Of a DNA stretch of 23,527 nt, positions 6,594 to 15,983 are shown in pieces; the first letter of the stretch is position 1, and every line of letters starts with the position of its first letter. A program made the position numbers and the translations under genes. Origin of the DNA: a bacterium (GTDB taxonomy: Bacteria; Hydrothermota; 32-111); assembly GCA_050239825.1 (NCBI GenBank), contig JBFXGO010000008.1, positions 39,342-62,868 on the forward strand, given 5' to 3'. The notes beneath the pieces were generated by a model. It saw only the letters and a list, made by a program, of their open reading frames with translations, did no database searches and was not told the DNA's origin.

Positions 6594-7302
6594 TTTCCTT
6601 CCTCATCATCTTTACAGCATTCTCAATGCCGCAGAATATTGATTTGGCGACTATTGAATGCCCAATGTTAAGCTCCGTGACATCTTTTATTTTCGCTATA
6701 GGAGAGACATTGTCAAAGGTCAGACCGTGCCCCATGTTGACAGTCAGATTATTCTTCACTCCGTATGCGGCTATTTTTATAAGTTTTGAGTAAGCTTTGT
6801 CTATATCCTTGACATTCTCGCATTCTGAATATTCTTTAGTATTTATCTCAATGGCATCCGCTCCCGCCTTGAGAGCCAAATCAACCATTATCACCTCGGG
6901 TTCTATAAAAAGAGATACTTCAATGTCATTAGCCAAAAGTTTTTTTACCGCATTGGCGGTCTTCATGAATACGCTCTTGCTCTTCAAGTTGAGTCCGCCT
7001 TCAGTTGTAATCTCCGAAGGATTTTCAGGAACCAGACACACTTTATCAGGCCTGATGTTGCATATGAATTCAAGCATCGTGCCTGCTGATGAAATTTCCA
7101 CATTGAGGGGAACAGAAAGGCCTGTTTTCAGAATTATTATATCCTGCTCCTGAATATGCCTTCTGTCCTGCCGAAGATGAACCGTTATTCCGTCAGCTCC
7201 TCCGAGCTGTGATAAAACTGCGGCTGTGATGAGATCCGGTTCAAATGATTTTCTCGCCTCCCTCACTGTTGCCACATGGTCTATATTCACACCCAATAAC
7301 AT
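6580..7302 (-). CDS. pdxJ: Pyridoxine 5'-phosphate synthase
   Basis: LGVNIDHVATVREAR, GITVHLRQDRRHI, CLVPE, TTEGGL, GHGL and NIGHSI motifs; AGGAGG RBS. Confidence 0.97.
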   Translation of the reverse strand: MLLGVNIDHVATVREARKSFEPDLITAAVLSQLGGADGITVHLRQDRRHIQEQDIIILKTGLSVPLNVEISSAGTMLEFICNIRPDKVCLVPENPSEITTEGGLNLKSKSVFMKTANAVKKLLANDIEVSLFIEPEVIMVDLALKAGADAIEINTKEYSECENVKDIDKAYSKLIKIAAYGVKNNLTVNMGHGLTFDNVSPIAKIKDVTELNIGHSIVAKSIFCGIENAVKMMRKEIDRA

Positions 7303-7380
7303 TGAAACCTCCTATTTTTCTTCATTATATCACTTATAATATTTTTTTAAAGAGCTGCAACGCATCCCAATCTGCAAACT

Positions 7381-8928
7381 TCACCTGCGGAAAGAATTAA
7401 AAAAAGAGATAAGAGACTGCGCATGAATATATATAGAAAAGGATGCAATGAAGTAAACAAAGGTTTTGAATACTACATAACCCTTGTGCCAAAACATTTT
7501 TCCAACGAAATCCTGAAACATGGGATTGACAAAGTACATATTCATGAAGAGAGTCAGATTTGAAAAGAATATGTAGGATAGGACAAGAATAATGATGACA
7601 GAGCCTCTTGATATTTTTTTCCCCTTGTCGTTTTGCGATAAAAAGTATGGATTTACTGACAGAATCGACGGTATTATAGCAGAGAGTGAAAGGGGAAGAA
7701 GCCAGATGGCAATAAACTGGCTTATCGTCTTCGGTTCGGGAAGCATATTCTGCATTGTGAATGCATTTGACATTATAACATAATTTGCCGTGAAGAACGG
7801 TAAAAGGAAAAGAACATAATATACACCTAAAACCATTCCCTTTATTTTGTCATTCGCTATCGGTATAGCATCAAGGATATGCCTGTAATTTTCATTTTTT
7901 GATGGAAAGATTCTTTCGAGAAACATAAAGAGATAGACATAAGATAGTATGCCTATCACGGCATAGAGAAGAGTCGCGCTGGGGAACAAAGCCGCTGAAA
8001 GTATGAACAGAATATATAGACAGACGAGAATCATAACAGGCGTCGTGAATATCCGTCTCAAAACGAGATTCCACATGGGCGAGAGAAATCCCACCCTCTG
8101 CCCTCCGACATCGGTGTACACTTCAAAATCCCTTATGAATTTCCACTTTCTTTTGTTCACCAATATATAAGAGACAAGAAGAGACGCCATGAAGAGAACC
8201 GAAACAATAAATTGAAGAAAATTGAATTCATCGAAGAAGAGGTTTAGAGCTACCGTGGAAAGGCCTGCCAATGAGAACATGTAAGAATTCTGGAGGAACC
8301 CTTCTTCATTCATAATCGAAAAGGAATCGGAAAAATATTTTCTGAATATTATAAATGTGAGAACATATAGAATCAATGTGATAAATCTTCTGAGGCCGCC
8401 AGAGAAATTATCTGCAATCTTTTTAACAATTGAACCCAAAAATCCACCAAGAAGCACTCCCATTGGAATTGTGTAAAGGAGGCCTGCGAAGAGAGGCGAC
8501 AATATTGAAATTGATTTCATGAACGGATATATGCGGCTTTCATCGACAAGTATGGCATTGAGTATGAGAGAACTTAATACAAGAGATATTGAAGTAACCG
8601 TATAGAGAAGAACCGAGATGAACAGGATTTGAATCAGAAATGCATAACCCTGATTAATGGGAAGATAATCTATCGGAAAATCGTCTGTGAGCTTGTCTTC
8701 CGCCTCTGTTCTGTATGAAAATGAGTATATGGCAGACACCAAAAATACAACAAATGCTCCGATATTCAGAACCATAGGAACCCTTGAAAAGAGACCCTGC
8801 GAGGTAAGCACTGAGAATACATAAATCATTACCGGAAGCATGACAAGCACGAGTATCTGCACCAACCGTCTGCCGTTGCCTCCCCTCATCCATTCCTTAA
8901 GATATGTTTTAAGCAGGGATTCAATCAT
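7381..8928 (-). CDS. Polytopic membrane protein, putative ABC exporter permease
   Basis: Many hydrophobic segments in two halves; ATGA overlap with the upstream ABC ATPase. Confidence 0.75.
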   Translation of the reverse strand: MIESLLKTYLKEWMRGGNGRRLVQILVLVMLPVMIYVFSVLTSQGLFSRVPMVLNIGAFVVFLVSAIYSFSYRTEAEDKLTDDFPIDYLPINQGYAFLIQILFISVLLYTVTSISLVLSSLILNAILVDESRIYPFMKSISILSPLFAGLLYTIPMGVLLGGFLGSIVKKIADNFSGGLRRFITLILYVLTFIIFRKYFSDSFSIMNEEGFLQNSYMFSLAGLSTVALNLFFDEFNFLQFIVSVLFMASLLVSYILVNKRKWKFIRDFEVYTDVGGQRVGFLSPMWNLVLRRIFTTPVMILVCLYILFILSAALFPSATLLYAVIGILSYVYLFMFLERIFPSKNENYRHILDAIPIANDKIKGMVLGVYYVLFLLPFFTANYVIMSNAFTMQNMLPEPKTISQFIAIWLLPLSLSAIIPSILSVNPYFLSQNDKGKKISRGSVIIILVLSYIFFSNLTLFMNMYFVNPMFQDFVGKMFWHKGYVVFKTFVYFIASFSIYIHAQSLISFFNSFRR

Positions 8929-9683
8929 GATTTTATCACATCGATAATCTTTTCCGTATTCTCATCGACCTGATACGTCTTTGTGAGATTCTTGAAGAAC
9001 TCCTCAAGACCGCCGCTCTCCTTAATTGAAGCCGTCAATCCTTCGCCCACCTTCTCTCCGTTATCTATAAGAATGACCCGGTCTGCGAGTTTTTCGACTA
9101 TTTCAAGAATGTGGGATGAAAAGATTATTCCGCATCCGCCGTCTTTCATTTCAAGCAGTATATTCTTCATAAGCATAGCTGTCTGCGGCTCTATGGCATT
9201 GAAGGGTTCGTCGAGTATCAAAAGCTTCGGATTGTGTATGATTGCGCCGAGAAACAAAACCTTCTGTTTCATTCCCTTTGAATATGTGCGTATGTGCTTT
9301 CTGTCGTCCATCAGATTGAAAATGTTCAGAACTTCGCCTATCTTCTCCTTTGCTCTGCCTCTGTCCGCTCCGTAAACTCCGAGAAGAAATTCAAGATACT
9401 CCCTCGCAGTGAGAAATTCGTACGGTGTTCCCGATTCGGGCATATACCCTATGCTCTTTCTGTAATCAACATCATTCTGCTTCACCGGTTTGCTTAAAAA
9501 TTCAATCTCCCCCGCATCCCTCTTCAGAGAATTCATTATAAGCTTTATTGTTGTTGTCTTTCCTGCTCCATTCGGACCGAGAAAAGCAACTATCTCTCCT
9601 TCGAGTATTTCAAGATTTATATTCTTCAGCTTGAAACTCGAAAAAGATTTCCCTACATTCTCCAGACGCAAAATTTTATTCAT
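8925..9683 (-). CDS. ABC transporter ATP-binding protein (ABC-2/exporter type)
   Basis: Walker A GPNGAGKTT, signature YSKGMKQK, Walker B LILDEP, H-loop SSH; TGATG overlap with the upstream gene. Confidence 0.95.
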   Translation of the reverse strand: MNKILRLENVGKSFSSFKLKNINLEILEGEIVAFLGPNGAGKTTTIKLIMNSLKRDAGEIEFLSKPVKQNDVDYRKSIGYMPESGTPYEFLTAREYLEFLLGVYGADRGRAKEKIGEVLNIFNLMDDRKHIRTYSKGMKQKVLFLGAIIHNPKLLILDEPFNAIEPQTAMLMKNILLEMKDGGCGIIFSSHILEIVEKLADRVILIDNGEKVGEGLTASIKESGGLEEFFKNLTKTYQVDENTEKIIDVIKS

Positions 9684-11092
9684 CAACTGCCATCCCTTTT
9701 GAATAAAACCACAGGTATGGTCTTCAGAAGAATCTGAAGGTCAAGCCAGATGGTCCAGTTTTCCACATAATATATATCAAGGAGCACCATGTCCTCAAAT
9801 CCAACTTTGTTTCTTCCTGAGACCTGCCACATGCCGGTCATTCCGGGTCTTACAGAAAGACGCCTCTTATGCCACTCGTCGTAGTTCTCAACCTCATACT
9901 GGAGGGGCGGACGGGGTCCTACGAGAGACATATCTCCTAAAAAGACATTCTCAAGCTGTGGAAATTCATCAAGAGACCACTTTCTGATAAATCTTCCGAC
10001 TCTCGTGATTCTCGGGTCATCGACAATTTTGAAGACGCCAGAAGAATCTCTGCTTCCCTCTTTTATCAGCTTTGTCACATACTCCTTATGTTTGGAGTCG
10101 TCATTATTAACGAACATAGAACGGAATTTCAGCATTCTGAATTTTTTTCCGTTTTTGCCGATTCTCTCCTGTCTGAAAAATACCGGACCCTTTGAGTCAA
10201 ATTTTATCATCAAAGCTATCAGCATGAACATCGGCGAGAGAAGAAGTATCAGCATCAAAGAGCCGGCAATATCAAAGAGCCTCTTCGAAAAGGCATGAAG
10301 CGAATAGGTTGACGGAAGAGAGAGGTCTATAACCGGAATCCCCTCGAATGTGGTCATGTCAACTTTTGATATTGCAAGGTCAAACATGTTAGAAAGAAGG
10401 AATATCTGGATGCTGTTGTTTTTCGCAAAGGCGATAACGTTCATAATGAAATCCTTGCTCAGCCCCTCCTCTATCAGAAACATAGTATTTATATCTCGCT
10501 TATCAACTGCCTTCTTCAAAACATCAATTGTTGCATCTGCGGATGAGATGGGTGGAGTAACATTGAAGCGGAATCTGTCAAAATCATATAAGGAATTTCT
10601 CAATCTTTCTGTTATAACCTCATCTCCTATAAGAAGTACATTCTCCTTGCCAATCCCTTTTTTTAGAAGTGAGTGAAAGATGCGCCTGAAGACAAAAATT
10701 CTGAAGAATATCAGAAGAATGGTCTGGACTGTGACCGCTATTACAATAACGCTCCTTCTCTCAAGGAAGGGATTTCCTTTTGTAAGATAGGAGAAAAAAA
10801 GAACAAAGAAAATCGTGATTATTGATGATTTTATGAGTATCGGAATCTGACGGATTCTTCTGAGAAAGTTTTTCTCTTTGTATAGTCCGTTTTGATTGAA
10901 CATGTAAATTTGAAATATGACTACGCCGAGAAGAGTTATGGTGTGGTTCCATGAAAAATTAAATGCGCTCGCCTGAGGAAAAAGGTGCGAATGCATTCTG
11001 AACCAAAGGGCAAACAGATACGAGATGATAAAAATCAGAATGTCGGTGACAACTATCACCGTCTTCTCATATTTCGTTGTTTTTGTAATCAT
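9683..11092 (-). CDS. Polyprenyl-phosphate glycosylphosphotransferase (WcaJ/WbaP-like priming sugar transferase)
   Basis: N-terminal TM helices; KRLFD, KFRSM, DDPRITRVG, SLDEFPQ, MSLVGPRP, PGMTGMWQV and LDIYY motifs. Confidence 0.95.
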   Translation of the reverse strand: MITKTTKYEKTVIVVTDILIFIISYLFALWFRMHSHLFPQASAFNFSWNHTITLLGVVIFQIYMFNQNGLYKEKNFLRRIRQIPILIKSSIITIFFVLFFSYLTKGNPFLERRSVIVIAVTVQTILLIFFRIFVFRRIFHSLLKKGIGKENVLLIGDEVITERLRNSLYDFDRFRFNVTPPISSADATIDVLKKAVDKRDINTMFLIEEGLSKDFIMNVIAFAKNNSIQIFLLSNMFDLAISKVDMTTFEGIPVIDLSLPSTYSLHAFSKRLFDIAGSLMLILLLSPMFMLIALMIKFDSKGPVFFRQERIGKNGKKFRMLKFRSMFVNNDDSKHKEYVTKLIKEGSRDSSGVFKIVDDPRITRVGRFIRKWSLDEFPQLENVFLGDMSLVGPRPPLQYEVENYDEWHKRRLSVRPGMTGMWQVSGRNKVGFEDMVLLDIYYVENWTIWLDLQILLKTIPVVLFKRDGS

Positions 11093-12078
11093 AGAGAGGC
11101 GTAAAGTTTTTTGTCCGCCGTTTCTATTGTTTTAACTATGCGGAGAGCAAATTGTCCGTCAGACGGAGGATTCTTTCTTGTTTCAACAGCCTCTCTGAAA
11201 GCCTCCATTTCAACCATGAGCGGCTCGGCAGAGTCTATCCTCGGCGCATACATGTCACCTGTGCGATAGGTCAGCTGATACTCTCCGAATGTCTGCGGTT
11301 CCTTCATTTCTATGCCCTTGTCATAAACCTTTATCTTATCAACAGGGTCTGAATCATCATATATGAGCATCTTTTTTGACCCGACTACAATAGTCCGTCT
11401 TATCTTTGTCGGAGCCAGCCATGACAGCTCAATGTTAGCCACTATCTTTGAGGGGAATTTCAGAGAGATGAAAGCAACATCAGGCACTCCCTTTATTATG
11501 GAATCCCTTCCGCTTGCGTTTATGTCTATAGGGTCTTCATCAAGAATATAGTATATAATCGACAGGTCGTGCGGAGCAAGGTCCCAAATAACTGATATCG
11601 ATTTTCTGTGTATTCCGAGATTGACCCTTGAACTTGTAATGAAGAATATCTCTCCCAGTTCTCCGGATTTCACAATTTCTCTCATCTTTCTTACCGGAGG
11701 AGAGAAGACAAATGTGTGGCCCGTCATTATTATTCTCTTTTTTTCTTTGGCAAAGGCAATCAGCTTTACCGCCTCTTCGGAGGAACCGGTTATGGGCTTT
11801 TCTATGAATACATCTTTGCCGTGCTCCATAGCTTTTATTGCAAGCGGATAATGCATATTTATGGGTGTTGCAAGAACAATTCCATCGACATCTTTGTCTT
11901 CAAATACCGATTCTGCATTCTTTGTGTAGATATAATTGGGATACTTGTCCTTTGCCTCTTTAAGCCTCTTCTCATCAAGATCGCAGACATGTTTTACTTT
12001 TATATTTTTCGAGGAATCCATCACTCTGAGAAGATTCGGACCCCAGTAGCCGTATCCCACTATAGAAAATGTTTTCAT
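11089..12078 (-). CDS. Gfo/Idh/MocA family oxidoreductase (probable nucleotide-sugar dehydrogenase)
   Basis: GYGYWG Rossmann motif, EKP and WDLAPHD motifs; adjacent to a DegT aminotransferase. Confidence 0.92.
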   Translation of the reverse strand: MKTFSIVGYGYWGPNLLRVMDSSKNIKVKHVCDLDEKRLKEAKDKYPNYIYTKNAESVFEDKDVDGIVLATPINMHYPLAIKAMEHGKDVFIEKPITGSSEEAVKLIAFAKEKKRIIMTGHTFVFSPPVRKMREIVKSGELGEIFFITSSRVNLGIHRKSISVIWDLAPHDLSIIYYILDEDPIDINASGRDSIIKGVPDVAFISLKFPSKIVANIELSWLAPTKIRRTIVVGSKKMLIYDDSDPVDKIKVYDKGIEMKEPQTFGEYQLTYRTGDMYAPRIDSAEPLMVEMEAFREAVETRKNPPSDGQFALRIVKTIETADKKLYASL

Positions 12079-13191
12079 TTACTTTCCTTTGTAGAACTCT
12101 CTGACCTTCTCAATCACATAGTCCGCCTGTTCATCGGTCATTTCGGGGAACATGGGCAGTGACAAGAGCTGAGGTGCATACTCCTCTGCCACAGGGAAAT
12201 CCCCCTGCTTGTATCCTAAATATTTGTAGGATTCCTGTGTGTGGAGAGGATAAGGATAGTGAATGTTCGTTCCCACATTGTTCTCCTGCAGGAACTTTTT
12301 AAGCTCCTCTCTCTTCGATGTCCTGACGACATAAAGATGAAAAACATGGCGTCCGTTTGCATCTATTTCCGGTGTCTTAAGATCATCTATCCCCGCAAGT
12401 CCTTTGTTAAGTTTTTCGGCAAGTTCAAGGCGCCTTTCATTCCATTTGTTCAGATAAGCGAGTTTTATTGTCAAAACTGCCCCCTGAAAACCGTGCATGT
12501 GATAATTGTATCCGACAAATTCATGCACATATTTTATCTTTGAACCATGGTTTCTGATCTTCTCCACCTTTTCACTTATTTCAAATGAGTTGGTGGCTAC
12601 TCCGCCGCCCTCTCCGTATGAACCGAGATTTTTACCGGGATAGAATGAGAAACATGAAGCGTGGCCGAATGTGCCCGTCATCTTTCCTTTGTAAGTTGCT
12701 CCGTGGGATTGTGCGCAATCCTCTATCACTATCAAATTGTGCTTCTTGGCAATCTCCATCACCTTTTCCATGTTGACAGCCTGTCCGTAGAGATGAACCG
12801 GTATAATTGCCCGGGTCTTGTGCGTTATCACATTTTCTATCTTTGTGAGGTCCATATTGTAATTTGCCGGGTCATTGTCCACAAAAACCGGTTTTGCCCC
12901 TGTCATCGCTACAGCCTCAGCAGTTGCAGTAAATGTATTCACGGGTACAATAACCTCGTCATCCTTGCCTATTCCGAAGGCAAGAAGCGCGCAGTGGATG
13001 GCGCTTGTTCCAGTGCTTGTAGCTACAAAAAACTTTGAGCCAATATATTCTGCAAACTTTTTTTCAAACTCCTCAACATAGGGACCGAGAGAAAAAGCCG
13101 TATTCTCACACACCTCAACAAGCTTTTTGTCTACTTCATTCTTTATAGAATGATACTGCTTTTTCAAATCCAAAAACGGTACATTTAACAT
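12079..13191 (-). CDS. DegT/DnrJ/EryC1/StrS family sugar aminotransferase
   Basis: VHLYGQ, EDCAQSHGA, SFYPGKNLG (PLP lysine), HVFHLYV and LSLPMFP motifs. Confidence 0.96.
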   Translation of the reverse strand: MLNVPFLDLKKQYHSIKNEVDKKLVEVCENTAFSLGPYVEEFEKKFAEYIGSKFFVATSTGTSAIHCALLAFGIGKDDEVIVPVNTFTATAEAVAMTGAKPVFVDNDPANYNMDLTKIENVITHKTRAIIPVHLYGQAVNMEKVMEIAKKHNLIVIEDCAQSHGATYKGKMTGTFGHASCFSFYPGKNLGSYGEGGGVATNSFEISEKVEKIRNHGSKIKYVHEFVGYNYHMHGFQGAVLTIKLAYLNKWNERRLELAEKLNKGLAGIDDLKTPEIDANGRHVFHLYVVRTSKREELKKFLQENNVGTNIHYPYPLHTQESYKYLGYKQGDFPVAEEYAPQLLSLPMFPEMTDEQADYVIEKVREFYKGK

Positions 13192-13217
13192 TTGACCTCC
13201 AATTTGTCTAGCATTGT

Positions 13218-13245
13218 ATTTTATACTTAATTATACAAAAATCAA
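13218..13245 (-). promoter_or_regulatory. Sigma70-type promoter of the sugar/ABC operon
   Basis: Minus strand TTGATT-N16-TAAAAT; GGAGG RBS before ATG 13191. Confidence 0.5.
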
Positions 13246-13334
13246 GCAAAAATATCATTAAAAATGCAAAAAATAGTCCCAAGTTTTAAATACCATTTAC
13301 CACTCTCCTCGATATATTGTTCTGTTTTGGGTTG

Positions 13335-13352
13335 GGGCGGCTTACGCCGCCC
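13335..13352. other. GC-rich hairpin just after the redox operon (possible terminator or 3' stabiliser)
   Basis: GGGCGGC-TTAC-GCCGCCC, perfect 7 bp stem about 10 nt past the TlpA stop; no U-tract on either strand. Confidence 0.55.
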
Positions 13353-13362
13353 TAAGATACCA

Positions 13363-13884
13363 CTATTTGGACAGTTCTGTTTTGATTATATTTTCTATTT
13401 TTGCATCAAGCTCAGAAGAGTATCCTGTAAAATTGGCAACCTTGTTTCCTTTTTTGTCAAAAATAAAGACTGCGGGTATTCCGGTTACTCTGTATATGGA
13501 GTTGAGGTCCTCATTGAAAAATGCCATAGTGTAATTCATGCCCGATTGAGAAACATAGCTCTCAATCTCCTCTTTTGTTTCATTCACATTCACACCGATT
13601 ACCTTAAGACCTGACTCAGCATAGGTGTCATGCATTTTAATATAGAATGGTATTGACGCTTTGCAGGGTCCGCACCATGATGCCCAAAAATCTATGACAA
13701 CAACACTGCCCTCCATTCCCTTGAGAGTCAATGTCTCATTATCAAGCGATTCCATCCATGTTTTGTCAAGATAGATATTACCGGTTGAAACTTCGCTCCC
13801 TTTGGCCTCTTTTGGAGAGGGATTGCAGGCTGTGACCGCCGCAAGAATAGATATCACAAAGACAAAAAACATAACTCTTTTCAT
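13363..13884 (-). CDS. TlpA-family thiol-disulfide reductase lipoprotein
   Basis: Lipobox VTAC; DFWASWCGPC active site; cis-Pro loop GIP. Confidence 0.93.
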   Translation of the reverse strand: MKRVMFFVFVISILAAVTACNPSPKEAKGSEVSTGNIYLDKTWMESLDNETLTLKGMEGSVVVIDFWASWCGPCKASIPFYIKMHDTYAESGLKVIGVNVNETKEEIESYVSQSGMNYTMAFFNEDLNSIYRVTGIPAVFIFDKKGNKVANFTGYSSELDAKIENIIKTELSK

Positions 13885-14117
13885 GATATCCCCAGTAGAG
13901 AGTCAATCCTTGCCTGATCAAATCCTACAATAATATTTCCGTCAATGTCGATTACAGGCACTCCCTGCTGACCACTCTTCTTGACCATCTCCATAGCCGC
14001 ATTCCTGTCGACCGCCACATTGATGTCCATGTAGGAAATGTTCTTTGACGAGAGATACTGTTTTGCCCTCACGCACCATGGGCATGTCGGTGTTGAATAA
14101 ACCTTTACTACTGCCAT
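13881..14117 (-). CDS. Glutaredoxin-like protein (NrdH/YruB type)
   Basis: YSTPTCPWC, SGQQGVPVI and IVGFD motifs; 78 aa. Confidence 0.93.
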   Translation of the reverse strand: MAVVKVYSTPTCPWCVRAKQYLSSKNISYMDINVAVDRNAAMEMVKKSGQQGVPVIDIDGNIIVGFDQARIDSLLGIS

Positions 14118-14126
14118 TTTGTCCTC

Positions 14127-15086
14127 CTATTTGTTTTCCAGATATTTTTCTGCGGAATGAGCCGCTATTGCTCCATCTGATGCTGCTGTTATAACCTGTC
14201 TGAAGTCCTTCACTCTTACATCGCCAGCGGCATACACTCCGTCTATATTTGTCTTAAGATCATCATTCGTAATGATATAGCCCTGATCATTTAATTTCAC
14301 TTCGCCGCCGAGAAACTCTGTTTTTGGATTATACCCAATATAGACAAAGACACCATCAGCGGGTATTGTAATTTCACTATTGTCCTTTGTCACCTTCAAT
14401 GTCACAGATTCCACGTTCTCTTTTCCGTTGATGCTCTTCACAAGAGTTCCCAGATAGAATTTCGTTTTCGGATAGCTCTTTATTCTCTCCTGGAGTATCT
14501 TTTCCGCGGTCAGATAGGGAAGGTCCTGCACAAAGGTTATGTCGGATGTGAATCTCTGCATGAAGATTCCCTCTTCAACAGCCGAATTCCCTGCCCCTAC
14601 TATCAATATTCTTTTGTCGCGGAAGAGTGCTCCGTCACAGGTGGCACAGTAAGATATGCCTTTCCCGTGAAATTTGTCGGCTCCGTCAATCTTGAGTCTT
14701 CTCGGAATCGCTCCGGAAGCTATTATGACAGTTTTTGCCTTGATTACCGAAGAAGAGAGGTAAACTTCCTTCTCTTCCGAAGAGAGCTTTACTGAAACAA
14801 CTTTATCATATATAACCTCTGTTCCAAATCTCTTCGCCTGCTCCTCCATAATCATTGCAAGCTCCACTCCACCCACCCCGTCTTTAAAGCCCGGGTAATT
14901 CTCAAGATGCTCGGTTGTGGCGGACTGTCCTCCGGCAATCATCTCTTCAATTATAACGGTTTTGAGTCGGGCTCTGCCGGCATAAATGCCGGCAGTCAAT
15001 CCGGCGGGGCCTCCGCCTATTATTACAAGGTCAAAATATTTTTCTTTGACTTTCTCTTCCTGTTTCATCATCTTTAACTGCAGCAT
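14127..15086 (-). CDS. trxB: Thioredoxin-disulfide reductase
   Basis: GGGPAG, ENYPG, GISYCATCDG, GAGNSAVEE, GVYAAGD and QVITAASDG motifs. Confidence 0.96.
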   Translation of the reverse strand: MLQLKMMKQEEKVKEKYFDLVIIGGGPAGLTAGIYAGRARLKTVIIEEMIAGGQSATTEHLENYPGFKDGVGGVELAMIMEEQAKRFGTEVIYDKVVSVKLSSEEKEVYLSSSVIKAKTVIIASGAIPRRLKIDGADKFHGKGISYCATCDGALFRDKRILIVGAGNSAVEEGIFMQRFTSDITFVQDLPYLTAEKILQERIKSYPKTKFYLGTLVKSINGKENVESVTLKVTKDNSEITIPADGVFVYIGYNPKTEFLGGEVKLNDQGYIITNDDLKTNIDGVYAAGDVRVKDFRQVITAASDGAIAAHSAEKYLENK

Positions 15087-15093
15087 TTTTTCC

Positions 15094-15741
15094 TCACATT
15101 ATTGCATTTAGAATCTGTTTTAAATACTCTTCTTCCGGAAGTGCTCCCTCAAAATGGTGCTTCTCGTTTATCACAACCCTCGGCACCCCCTGCACTCCAT
15201 AGGAGTTTGCATAATCATAAAATGTATTTGAATCAATCATGTCTGCCTTTATGTTATCATTGATCATCGCAAATTTATGCGCAGTTCTCACAGCAGGCGG
15301 ACAGTATGGGCATGTGTGAGTTACAAATACCTGAATGTGGACAGGTTTATCAATGGATTTTATCTGCTCTATCAAACTCTCGTCAACAGAGATTGTGTCG
15401 TTTCCTATGTCCACTATATCCTCCACAAGAGAAGAGAACTCATACCCTGCCGGAATGCCGTAATATTTCACTCCCATGTCCTTCTCCGCCAAAAGCACAA
15501 GGGCTGGTCCTCTTTTTACTCCGTATTGTTCAACAATGGCTTTATCCTTTTCAAACGAATATTCTGAAATTTTTATCTTCTCAGAAATAGATTTGAGCTC
15601 GTTCAGTATATCCTTTATATCGTTGCAGAAATGGCAGAAATTCTTTTCCTCGGTGGTAAAGAGCATAATATTTACATCTCGTTTCATTCCTGTAAACAAG
15701 CCTTTGAGATAATCCCTGTCTTCATTTGATAAAAGTGCCAT
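15094..15741 (-). CDS. Protein disulfide oxidoreductase (two thioredoxin folds, AhpF N-terminal-domain-like)
   Basis: Two CxxC motifs (CHFC, CPYC), GIPAGYEF and VQGVP; ATG 15741 follows a GGAG RBS. Confidence 0.92.
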   Translation of the reverse strand: MALLSNEDRDYLKGLFTGMKRDVNIMLFTTEEKNFCHFCNDIKDILNELKSISEKIKISEYSFEKDKAIVEQYGVKRGPALVLLAEKDMGVKYYGIPAGYEFSSLVEDIVDIGNDTISVDESLIEQIKSIDKPVHIQVFVTHTCPYCPPAVRTAHKFAMINDNIKADMIDSNTFYDYANSYGVQGVPRVVINEKHHFEGALPEEEYLKQILNAIM

Positions 15742-15743
15742 TT

Positions 15744-15983
15744 TCACTCCTTTTCAATCAGTTTTAATATGTTTTCCTTTATTTTCAGCTTCTCTTCAGA
15801 GCTTAAGCTCTCTCTGCTCTTTCTGCATAGCTTGAGGGCTTTCTTTATTCTGCCATACTCGTCTCTGCACTCTCTGCATTCTCTGAGGTGTTTTTCAATC
15901 TCAACGCAGCATGCTTCATTGACATCATTATCAATGTAGCCACACAGATTTTTTATCACACTCAGACAGTCTCTATTCTTCAT
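15744..15983 (-). CDS. Soluble zinc-binding anti-sigma factor (ZAS/zf-HC2)
   Basis: N-terminal Cys, YID, HLRECREC (HxxxCxxC); no TM segment; overlaps the ECF sigma stop. Confidence 0.9.
   Translation of the reverse strand: MKNRDCLSVIKNLCGYIDNDVNEACCVEIEKHLRECRECRDEYGRIKKALKLCRKSRESLSSEEKLKIKENILKLIEKE

Noticed and set aside
13363..15741. Selenocysteine in the redox proteins
   Set aside because: All CxxC motifs are intact Cys codons, and none of the ORFs is truncated at an active-site TGA.
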